NCBI GenBank assembly: GCA_965224245.1
Contig: OZ245046.1
Span: 4,896,001 to 4,960,000, forward strand
Reading direction: 5' to 3'
Origin: Candidatus Eiseniibacteriota bacterium
GTDB lineage: Bacteria; Eisenbacteria; RBG-16-71-46; CAZAMP01
DNA: 64,000 nt
A program made the position numbers and the translations under genes. A model generated the notes under the pieces. The model worked only from the letters and a program-made list of their open reading frames with translations, was not told where the DNA came from and did no database searches. Positions within the stretch are counted from its first letter, which is position 1. Every line of letters begins with the position of its first letter. Positions 40,990 to 49,586 of the stretch are shown piece after piece.

Positions 40990-42216
40990 CTAGAGCCCCG
41001 CGCGGTAGCGCGCCTTGATCCGGCCCCACGAGGACGTCGCCGTCGGCGTGACCGCGCAGGCCTCCCCGAAGGCACCGACCGGCTCCAGACACGGGTTGTT
41101 CTCCGGAAGGCACGGCGAGATCGGCTCGACGCCGTAGTCCCCACCGGCGCGATCGCAGAACAGGGGATCCACGTCGGCGTTGCCGCTGACCAGGCTGCCG
41201 TGGCCCACGAGCGGACCACCGGCGTTGTCGAACGTGATGTTGCACTGCACGCGCGACGTCGCGCCGTCCTCGACCTCGATCCCCGGTCCGGCGCCTCCGA
41301 CGACGAGGTTGCCGTGGACGTGCACCGCGCTGCCGTTGCCCGCGTAGATCCCCGGACCCGATGGCGTGTCGACGATCGTGTTCCGGTACACGTCGGCGCC
41401 CGCCAGGCGGGCGTAGATCGGGGAGGGCGTCCGCACGAAGAGGTTGTCGCGGACGACCTGCCGCCCTCCGTTGCGCTGCATGAACAGCCCGCCGGCGCCG
41501 TCGGTGAACGTGTTCTCGGCCACGACGATCATGCCCGCGCCGAACGTGATCACGCTCCCGTACCGGTTCACGCCGTGCGAGATGATCTCGTTGCCGACGA
41601 CCTCCATCGTGCCGCCGTCACCCGGGTGCAGCTCGAACACGCCACCGGGCGTGCCGTTCCCGACGATCACGTTGCCCGCGATCCGGCCCGGGCCGGTGAT
41701 CGCGACCTCGTGCCCGCCCTCGATCAGTGTCGAATCCTCGAAGCGGTTCCCGGTGACCTCGTGATGGCCGCCCTCGAGCGACAGCAGCGCGAACCCGCCG
41801 TTCTCGAGGAACCAGTTGCCCACGATCTGGATCGTGGCGTTCTCGGCCGGCAGCATGAACACGACCGGGGCCTCCGTCTCGCGGAACGTGAAGCCCTCGA
41901 GGCGAAAGAGGCCGTCCACCGAGCTCTCGACGGAGAACATGACGCTCGTGAACGGCACGGGCTTCACGATCGTGTGCTCGGGACCGAACGACGCGCGGAT
42001 CGTGATCGCGTGGCTCACGACCGTGTAGGGCTCGTCGTAGACCCCCGGCGCCACGACGATCTCGTCACCGGGGGCCGACGCCGACACGGCCTCGGAGATC
42101 GTCGCGTAGTCGACGGGCACGTCGATGGTCGACGCGAGTGGCGAGGTGACCAGCACCGGGCCGGAGAGGGCGACCGCGAGGGCCCGGCTGAGACGAGGGT
42201 AGCGATTCGGATACAT
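40990..42216 (-). CDS. exported right-handed parallel beta-helix protein
   Basis: 'TIDVPVDYATISEAV...GDEIVVAPGVY'; Asn-ladder repeats; 'DPLFCD...YGVEPISPCLP'; tail 'SSWGRIKARYR'. Confidence 0.85.
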   Translation of the reverse strand: MYPNRYPRLSRALAVALSGPVLVTSPLASTIDVPVDYATISEAVSASAPGDEIVVAPGVYDEPYTVVSHAITIRASFGPEHTIVKPVPFTSVMFSVESSVDGLFRLEGFTFRETEAPVVFMLPAENATIQIVGNWFLENGGFALLSLEGGHHEVTGNRFEDSTLIEGGHEVAITGPGRIAGNVIVGNGTPGGVFELHPGDGGTMEVVGNEIISHGVNRYGSVITFGAGMIVVAENTFTDGAGGLFMQRNGGRQVVRDNLFVRTPSPIYARLAGADVYRNTIVDTPSGPGIYAGNGSAVHVHGNLVVGGAGPGIEVEDGATSRVQCNITFDNAGGPLVGHGSLVSGNADVDPLFCDRAGGDYGVEPISPCLPENNPCLEPVGAFGEACAVTPTATSSWGRIKARYRAGL

Positions 42217-42349
42217 GCGACCTCCTCGATGCGAACGAGCCGACTCCCCGAAGGGGGGAGTGAACGTGACCGCGGGAGGGCGCTGTGAACCACATCAGTG
42301 TAACAAGCCGCGACGCGGGTGGTTCCGGCCAACGAGGGGCGACTCGGGG

Positions 42350-42900
42350 CCGCCGCGACTCGAGCGTCCCCCAGGTCGTGTCGACGACCGGCACCCGCTC
42401 GCCCTCACCCAGGGCGCCGATCGGCAGCTCGCAGGCGTTGTTCTCCGGAAGGCACGGCGAGTCCGCCGCGACCGAGAACTCCCCGGCGGAGGGATCGCAG
42501 AAGCGCGGATCGGCGTCGAGGTTCTGCGACTCCGGGTCGGCGCCGACGATCCCGCCCTCGCGGTCCCGAAACGTCAGGCTGCACAGGACGACGGCGGCCG
42601 AGTTCAGGATCCGGATGCCGGCGCCGGCAGAGCCCACGATGATGAGCTTCGCGAGCTCGCCGCGCACGATGGCCCCTTCGATCCGGACCACCGCGCGCCG
42701 AGCGTCGCCCGCAGCGCAATCGCGACCGCGAGATCGGCGCCGATCGTGGTGAGTCTCGGGCCCGACTCCGAGCGCAGGATGATCGCGACGTCCTCGATCC
42801 AGAGGGACTCGACGTGACCGGCGGCCCCTAGCACGTCGTCGCCAGCCTCGGCCGCGTCGATCGTGGCGTCGATCGTGGCGTGGTTGCCGGCGAGGTGCCC
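42350..42900 (-). pseudogene. degraded paralog of the adjacent beta-helix protein
   Basis: N-terminal 'HATIDATIDAAEAGDDVL...IILRSESGPRLTTI' and C-terminal 'DADPRFCDPSAGEFSVAADSPCLPENNAC...TTWG' lie in different frames, with most of the middle missing; bounds approximate. Confidence 0.6.
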
Positions 42901-43021
42901 CGATGCGAGCGCCGTGCGCGTCGTCGTGTGTCGCGTGCGTCGACCGTGCAGCGCGGCGACGCGAGAGGTGAACTCTAGTCGCCTGTAACAAAAGGCGAAT
43001 CCACTTTGCGCGAGAAACTCT

Positions 43022-43050
43022 TTGACTCACCTGAAGGCGCTCGTTAGAAA
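43022..43050 (+). promoter_or_regulatory. possible sigma70-like promoter for nrdJ
   Basis: TTGACT-N17-TAGAAA in an AT-rich intergenic patch. Confidence 0.3.
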
Positions 43051-43393
43051 ACGATGACCGTGCTCGCTCGCCGCTTCCAGGCTGCGCGCCACGCCGTGTG
43101 ATTCTCAACGCAACTCTTCGGTCGTCACTCTCGAGGTCGTCACTCCGATCCGCTTCTCGGTTTGCCGTGTGCGGCACCGCGTGACGCTTCGAGTCGAGGG
43201 GGCTGTGTCGTTGACCGGATCATCTCTGCGCCTCCATCCGACTCTGGAGCCGATCGCGAACCGGTATCACACGATCCAGATTCCTGTTCTTCGAGCGAAT
43301 GTCCCGCGCGAGGCGCCCGAAGTCGTTTTTTTCCGTTGCTGCCGCGTCGACGTCTAGCTCGCGGACGTCGAACGCCCCCTGGGAGAGCGTGAC

Positions 43394-46300
43394 ATGCAGA
43401 TCGATCGGCTGTTCACGAAAGCCGGCCAGGATCCCTACGACGGGATCGAGTTCGTTCCCCGCACCTCCCGCATCACCAATCCCGACGGCTCGGTCGTGTT
43501 CGAGGCGAAGGACATCTCGGTTCCCAAATCATGGAGCCAGGTCGCCGTCGACATCCTCGCGCAGAAATACTTCCGCAAGGCGGGCGTGCCGCGGCGCACG
43601 GTGCGCGTCCCGGAAGAGGGCGTGCCCGAGTGGCTGTGGCGTTCGATTCCCGACGAGAACGCCGCCGACGTCGAGGGCGAGGAGCGCTTCGGTATGGAGA
43701 CCGACGCGCGCCAGGTCTTCAACCGGCTCTCCGGCTGCTGGACGTACTGGGGCTGGCGACACGGTTACTTTACGAGCGAGACCGATGCGCGCACGTTCTA
43801 CGACGAGCTGTGTCACATGCTCGCAACGCAGGTGTGCGCACCCAACTCGCCGCAGTGGTTCAACACCGGTCTGCACTGGGCGTACGGCATCGACGGTCCC
43901 GCGCAGGGCCACTTCTTCTTCGACCCCAAGCAGGGCAAGGTCGTCGAGTCGCAGAGCGCGTACGAGCACGTGCAGGCGCACGCATGCTTCATCCAGTCGG
44001 TCACCGACGATCTCGTCAACGACGGCGGGATCATGGACCTGTGGACGCGCGAGGCGCGGCTCTTCAAGTACGGCTCGGGCACCGGCTCCAACTTCTCGGC
44101 CATCCGGGGCGAGAGCGAGCCCCTGTCCGGCGGCGGCAAGTCGTCGGGGCTGATGTCCTTCCTGAAGATCGGCGACGCGGCGGCGGGCGCGATCAAGTCG
44201 GGCGGCACCACACGCCGCGCGGCGAAGATGGTCATCGTCGACGCCGACCACCCCGACATCGAGACCTACATCGGCTGGAAGGCCACCGAAGAGCAGAAGG
44301 TCGCATCGCTGGTGGCGGGAAGCCGGCTGGCGAACAGACATTTGAATGCGGTCATGCGGGCGTGCCACGCCATGGACTCCAAGACTGCGAGCCACGACTC
44401 GCACGACGAGGAGCGGTTCGATCCGCGGCACAATACAGAGCTCAGGGATGCGCTCCTGGCCGCCCGCATGGCCCTCTTGCCCGAGAACTACATCCGGCGC
44501 GTGATGGACCTGGCCAAACAGGGCTACACGTCCATCGAGTTCCCCGAGTACTCCACCGACTGGAACTCCGACGCCTACGCCACCGTCTCCGGCCAGAACT
44601 CCAACAACTCGGTCCGCCTGACGGGCGACTTCATGATGGCCGTGCAGGAGGACGGGCGCTGGAACCTCATTCGCCGCACCGACGGCGAGGTGTCGAAGAC
44701 CCTCCGAGCCCAGAACCTCTGGCGCGACATCGCGTTCGCGTCCTGGTCGTCGGCGGACCCGGGCCTTCAGTTCGACACCACGATCAACGAATGGCACACG
44801 TGCCCCAGGGGTGGCCGGATCAACGGATCCAATCCATGCGTGACCGGAGACACGCTCGTATCTACTGGTGAAGGACTGGCGCGGATCGATAGTCTTCTCG
44901 AGGGTCCGTTCTCGGTGGTGTCCGGATCGGGGCAGCTCGAGGTGGTGAAGCCGGCGTTCGTGACCGGTCGCAAGCCGGTCCTGAAGCTCCGGACCCGAGC
45001 CGGGTTCGAGCTCCGCCTGACCGCCGATCACAAGGTCTTCACCGCCAACCGCGGCGACGTTCCGGCGGAGGAGCTGACGCTCGACGACGTCCTGATGCTG
45101 GGCCGCCCGGTCTTCGGCGACCAGCACATCTCCAGTACGCGCGCGGCCGCGCTCGGCGAGGCGATGACCCGGCTGCTCCGGACGGCCAGGCGCGGGGGCC
45201 GCCGCGGCGCCGCGTCGGCGACCCGGGCCGCCGACGGCGAGACCCGCTGGGCCGGCGACGGCGCCGTGGCGACGCTCGCCATCGCCGAGGACCTGGCCCC
45301 GTTCGTCGAGCTGGACGACCGCGAGATCGCGTTCGCGCCCGGCTTCTTCGCGCTGGACCGCGAGTCGATCGCGACCGTTCTGACCACGATGTTCGCCTCG
45401 GGCCTCGTCGTCGTCGACGGACACGGCAACGGCACCGGCTCCATCAGCCTCTGCGAGCGCTCGAAGACGCTCGTCCAGCAGATGCAGCAGCTCTTCCTGG
45501 CCTTCGGCGTCAAGGCCGAGACCGGCAGCGTGGCCGGCTCGCGCGATCACTTCGTCAAGGTGCCGGTTCCGACGGTGGCCGCGCTGGACGAGCGTCTGGC
45601 CGACGAGGATGCCCTCCTCGACGAGGACACGTTCGTCGACTTCCTCCACTCGCTGACGCCCGACGGCACCGAGACCGTCTACGACCTGACCGAGCCCGCC
45701 ACGAGCCACTTCGTGGCCAACGGCCTCGTCGTGCACAACTGCTCGGAGTACATGTTCCTCGACGACACCGCGTGCAACCTGGCGTCCATCAACCTGGCCA
45801 AGGTGTTCAGGTCCGAGACGGCCACGTTCGACGTGGCCAGGTACGAGCACGCGATCCGGGTGTGGACGGTCGTCCTCGAGATCACGGTCGCAATGGCGCA
45901 GTACCCGTCGCGGAAGATCGCCGAGCTCTCGCACGTGTACCGCACGCTGGGCCTCGGCTACGCGAACCTCGGCACGGTGCTGATGCTGAGCGGCATCCCG
46001 TACGACTCGAAGGAGGCGTTCGCGATCTGCGGCGCGCTCACCGCCATCCTCACCGGCGTGTCCTACCGGACGAGCGCCGAGATGGCCGGGGAGGTCGGCC
46101 CGTTCGCCGACTTCGAGCGCAACCGCGAGGACATGCTCCGCGTCATGCGCAACCACCGCCGCGCCGCGTACGACGCCGGTCCCGAGGACTACGAGGGCCT
46201 GACGATCCTGCCAACGGGCATCTCGTCCGAGCACTGCCCCGCCGACCTCGCCAGCGCGGCCCGCCGCGCCTGGGACGAGGCGATCGCGCTGGGCGAGGAG

Positions 46301-48190
46301 TACGGCTACCGCAACGCGCAGGCCACCGTCATCGCGCCCACGGGCACCATCGGTCTCGTGATGGACTGCGACACCACCGGCATCGAGCCCGACTACGCGC
46401 TGGTGAAGTTCAAGAAGCTGGCCGGCGGCGGCTACTTCAAGATCATCAACCAGTCCGTGCCGGGCGCGCTCCTTCGCCTCGGATACCGCGGCGCGCAGAT
46501 CGAGGACATCATCCGCTACTGCAAGGGCGCGGGCACACTGGACGGCGCCCCGCACATCAACGCCGAGACGCTGCGGGCGATGGGCTTCGACGACGAGCAG
46601 CTCCAGAAGGTCGAGGAGGGGCTCGGCTCGGCGTTCGAGATCGCGTTCGCGTTCAATCGCTGGACGCTGGGCGACGAGTTCTGCACCGACGTCCTCGGCT
46701 TCACGAAGGAGCAGATGGACGACTTCTCGTTCAACATGCTCGATGCGCTCGGCTTCACCAAGGAGCAGATCCGCGAGGCCAACGACTTCGTCTGCGGCAC
46801 GATGACGCTGGAGGGTGCGCCGCACCTGAAGCCCGAGCACTACGCGGTGTTCAACTGCGCCAACCGCTGCGGCCGCTACGGCAAACAGTTCATCCGTCCG
46901 GAGGCGCATCTGTTGATGATGGCCGCCGCGCAGCCGTTCCTGTCGGGTGCGATCTCGAAGACGGTCAACATGCCGCCCGACGCCACCGTGGAAGACGTCG
47001 AGCGCATCCACATGCGCGCCTGGCAGCTCATGATCAAGGCCGTGGCCATCTATCGTGACGGCTCGAAGCTCTCGCAGCCCCTGAACGCCACCGGCGACGA
47101 GGAAGACGTGCTGGAGCTGGCGGTGGCCGCCGGCGCCGAGGAAGGCGCCCTGGCCAAGGTCGCCGCCGAGGGCCCGATGGTGGTGGCCGAGCGCGTGATC
47201 CACCGCTACATCGCCAAGCGCCGCCGCCTCCCCAACCGCCGCGGCGGCTACACGCAGAAGGCGGTGGTGGGCGGCCACAAGGTGTACCTCCGCACCGGCG
47301 AGTACACCGACGGCGGCCTGGGCGAGATCTTCCTCGACATGCACAAGGAGGGCGCCGCCTACCGCTCGCTGATGAACTGCTTCGCGATCTCGATCTCGCT
47401 CGGCCTCCAGTACGGCGTGCCCCTCGAGGAGTACGTCGACGCGTTCGTGTTCACCCGCTTCGAGCCCAACGGCATCGTCTCGGGCAACCCGCACCTGAAG
47501 ATGTCGACGTCCGTCATCGACTACATCTTCCGCGAGCTCGCGGTGACCTACCTGGGTCGTCACGACCTCTCACACGTGAGCCCCGAAGAGCTCGAGTCCA
47601 ACTCCCAGGCCACCGGCCTCGGCGAGCCCGATGACTGGGAAGGCGAGGAGCTCGTCCTGGAGCGCCTCGTCCCCAAGGACGAGCACCAGGTCGGTCACCC
47701 GATGACGGTGCACGTCGACCCGACACATGCGGGGCCCCAGGAGCCGGCCGAGTCGCCGGTCTCCAGCACCTCAGGCGCCGGCGCATCCGGCCGAGGCCGC
47801 GGCGCCCCGGGCGGCACGGGCACTGGCACGGGCACTGGCACGGGCACTGGCACCGGCGCTGACGCCGGGGCTGGCGCTGGCACCGGCGCTGGCGGCGCGG
47901 CAACACCCGGGAGTCCCAACGTCGGCGACTCGGTCGAGCAGGGCCGCCTGGACCTCGGCGATCAGCCGATCACGGCGGGAGGCACCGCGGTCGGCACCGC
48001 CGTCGAGTGGCGTACCCGGGAAGAGCGCCCGGGCGTCTCGGCCACGGCGGCCTACGACGCGAAGGTGGCGGAGGCCAAGCTCAAGGGCTACGAGGGCGAC
48101 GCGTGCACGGAGTGCGGCTCGCTGACGATGGTGCGCAACGGGTCGTGTCTGAAGTGCCTGAGCTGCGGGGCGACAAGCGGTTGTAGCTAG
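43394..48190 (+). CDS. nrdJ: class II (adenosylcobalamin-dependent) ribonucleotide reductase with intein
   Basis: 'APNSPQWFN', 'HACFI', '[13 protein letters not shown]', 'NP[intein][16 protein letters not shown]', 'IAPTGTI', 'AISKTVN', TSCPD-like domain, terminal 'CTEC...[11 protein letters not shown]'. Confidence 0.97.
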   Translation: MQIDRLFTKAGQDPYDGIEFVPRTSRITNPDGSVVFEAKDISVPKSWSQVAVDILAQKYFRKAGVPRRTVRVPEEGVPEWLWRSIPDENAADVEGEERFGMETDARQVFNRLSGCWTYWGWRHGYFTSETDARTFYDELCHMLATQVCAPNSPQWFNTGLHWAYGIDGPAQGHFFFDPKQGKVVESQSAYEHVQAHACFIQSVTDDLVNDGGIMDLWTREARLFKYGSGTGSNFSAIRGESEPLSGGGKSSGLMSFLKIGDAAAGAIKSGGTTRRAAKMVIVDADHPDIETYIGWKATEEQKVASLVAGSRLANRHLNAVMRACHAMDSKTASHDSHDEERFDPRHNTELRDALLAARMALLPENYIRRVMDLAKQGYTSIEFPEYSTDWNSDAYATVSGQNSNNSVRLTGDFMMAVQEDGRWNLIRRTDGEVSKTLRAQNLWRDIAFASWSSADPGLQFDTTINEWHTCPRGGRINGSNPCVTGDTLVSTGEGLARIDSLLEGPFSVVSGSGQLEVVKPAFVTGRKPVLKLRTRAGFELRLTADHKVFTANRGDVPAEELTLDDVLMLGRPVFGDQHISSTRAAALGEAMTRLLRTARRGGRRGAASATRAADGETRWAGDGAVATLAIAEDLAPFVELDDREIAFAPGFFALDRESIATVLTTMFASGLVVVDGHGNGTGSISLCERSKTLVQQMQQLFLAFGVKAETGSVAGSRDHFVKVPVPTVAALDERLADEDALLDEDTFVDFLHSLTPDGTETVYDLTEPATSHFVANGLVVHNCSEYMFLDDTACNLASINLAKVFRSETATFDVARYEHAIRVWTVVLEITVAMAQYPSRKIAELSHVYRTLGLGYANLGTVLMLSGIPYDSKEAFAICGALTAILTGVSYRTSAEMAGEVGPFADFERNREDMLRVMRNHRRAAYDAGPEDYEGLTILPTGISSEHCPADLASAARRAWDEAIALGEEYGYRNAQATVIAPTGTIGLVMDCDTTGIEPDYALVKFKKLAGGGYFKIINQSVPGALLRLGYRGAQIEDIIRYCKGAGTLDGAPHINAETLRAMGFDDEQLQKVEEGLGSAFEIAFAFNRWTLGDEFCTDVLGFTKEQMDDFSFNMLDALGFTKEQIREANDFVCGTMTLEGAPHLKPEHYAVFNCANRCGRYGKQFIRPEAHLLMMAAAQPFLSGAISKTVNMPPDATVEDVERIHMRAWQLMIKAVAIYRDGSKLSQPLNATGDEEDVLELAVAAGAEEGALAKVAAEGPMVVAERVIHRYIAKRRRLPNRRGGYTQKAVVGGHKVYLRTGEYTDGGLGEIFLDMHKEGAAYRSLMNCFAISISLGLQYGVPLEEYVDAFVFTRFEPNGIVSGNPHLKMSTSVIDYIFRELAVTYLGRHDLSHVSPEELESNSQATGLGEPDDWEGEELVLERLVPKDEHQVGHPMTVHVDPTHAGPQEPAESPVSSTSGAGASGRGRGAPGGTGTGTGTGTGTGTGADAGAGAGTGAGGAATPGSPNVGDSVEQGRLDLGDQPITAGGTAVGTAVEWRTREERPGVSATAAYDAKVAEAKLKGYEGDACTECGSLTMVRNGSCLKCLSCGATSGCS
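44837..45739 (+). mobile_element. intein (301 aa) with degenerate LAGLIDADG domain
   Basis: Starts 'CVTGDTLV', block B '[11 protein letters not shown]', ends '[21 protein letters not shown]' before the +1 Cys. Confidence 0.95.
47811..47895 (+). repeat. Gly-Thr/Gly-Ala coding microsatellite in the NrdJ linker
   Basis: (GGCACGGGCACT)x3 plus variants encoding [23 protein letters not shown]. Confidence 0.7.
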
Positions 48191-48204
48191 CGCCCCGCTC
48201 TGCC

Positions 48205-48891
48205 TCACCGCCGATGCGTCTCTGATCGACGATGGATCGCCTTCACGCGCCCCCACGTCGTGCCGATGACCGGCGTCGCCGGACACGCGTCGATCTGAAA
48301 CGGATAGTCGCCGGCGAGGTCGACCAGTCCGAGATTCGCGGTGGCGACGAAACGCGGGCCGTGAGCCACGTCGGTCACCTCCGCGACCCCGAACGCATGG
48401 TCCGTGACCTCGATGTAGCCCCTGGCCCCGACATCGACATCGAACGCACCGATTACGAAGCCCCCCCGGGCGTTCATCGCGACGGCCGGGGTCCAATCGA
48501 AGAACGCGCTCCCCGTGGACGCCGGGAACCCGAACGCATCTGTTCCGGCGTCCGTGCAATAGTGCCAGGCGCGCACGTTCGCGGACGGTGGAAACACCAC
48601 TCCGAAGGCCGCGCCGCGTAGCGAGTCGGCCCCGGCGATCACGATGTAAACTCGCTGCGTGGTTGAGTTATCCCCCTCAATGACGTACATGCCACAGCCC
48701 AGGGAGTCGACCAACTCCGGAGCGCATGGATCCGAGCTCAGATCCGCACCGGTCTCGATGTGGAGGCCGATGGACGGCACTGACGACGCGTCGGCGGAGA
48801 GGTCTGCGTGACACACCGCCAGCAGGACGAAGGTGGCGAAGCTACAGCGAGGCGAGATCGCGCGCACGGAAAACCCCCTGCCGGCGGACAC
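48205..48891 (-). CDS. secreted protein (paralog 2) with TWGRVKA tail
   Basis: Signal peptide; near-identical to 48945..49586; ends 'GTTWGRVKAIHRR'. Confidence 0.75.
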   Translation of the reverse strand: MSAGRGFSVRAISPRCSFATFVLLAVCHADLSADASSVPSIGLHIETGADLSSDPCAPELVDSLGCGMYVIEGDNSTTQRVYIVIAGADSLRGAAFGVVFPPSANVRAWHYCTDAGTDAFGFPASTGSAFFDWTPAVAMNARGGFVIGAFDVDVGARGYIEVTDHAFGVAEVTDVAHGPRFVATANLGLVDLAGDYPFQIDACPATPVIGTTWGRVKAIHRRSETHRR

Positions 48892-48944
48892 GGCACGATG
48901 GTCGGCGAAACCTCAGCCATGGGCGTGGCCTGGGCACGTAGAAT

Positions 48945-49586
48945 CTAGCGATAGGTTGCCTTGACGCGTCCCCATGTCGTGCCGATGATCGGCGTGACCG
49001 GACACGGGTCGTTCTGGAATGGATAGTCGCCGGCAAGATCGACAAGCCCGAGATGGGCGACTCGAACCAACCGCGTACCGTGGATTACATCGGTTACCTC
49101 CGCGACCCCGAACGCATGGTCCGTAACCTCGATGTAGCCCCTGGCTCCGACATCGACATCGAACGCACCGATTACGAAGCCCCCCCGGGCGTTCATTGCG
49201 ACGGCCGGGGTCCAATCGAAGAATGCGCTCCCCGTGGACGCCGGGAACCCGAACGCATCTGTTCCGGCGTCCGTGCAGTAGTGCCAGGCGCGCACGTTCG
49301 CGGACGGTGGAAACACCACCCCGAAGGCCGCGCCGCGCAGCGAGTCCACACCTGCGATCACGATGTAGACCCGCTGCGTGGCTGAGCTGTCCCCCTCGAT
49401 GACATACATGCCACAGCCGAGGGAGTCCACCATCTCCGGAGCGCAGGGATCCGAGCTCAGATCCGCACCGGCTTCGATGTGTAGGCCGATCGACGGCACG
49501 GACGAAGTCTCACCGGAGACGTCCGCGTGACACACCGCAAGAAAGACCAAAGTGGCGAGGCTACCTTGTGACAAGCCCACGCGCAT
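48945..49586 (-). CDS. secreted protein (paralog 1) with TWGRVKA tail
   Basis: ATG after GGAAGGAG; signal peptide; ends 'GTTWGRVKATYR'. Confidence 0.78.
   Translation of the reverse strand: MRVGLSQGSLATLVFLAVCHADVSGETSSVPSIGLHIEAGADLSSDPCAPEMVDSLGCGMYVIEGDSSATQRVYIVIAGVDSLRGAAFGVVFPPSANVRAWHYCTDAGTDAFGFPASTGSAFFDWTPAVAMNARGGFVIGAFDVDVGARGYIEVTDHAFGVAEVTDVIHGTRLVRVAHLGLVDLAGDYPFQNDPCPVTPIIGTTWGRVKATYR

Noticed and set aside
43529-47563. 1344-aa minus-strand ORF
   Set aside because: Antisense shadow of nrdJ with no domain features
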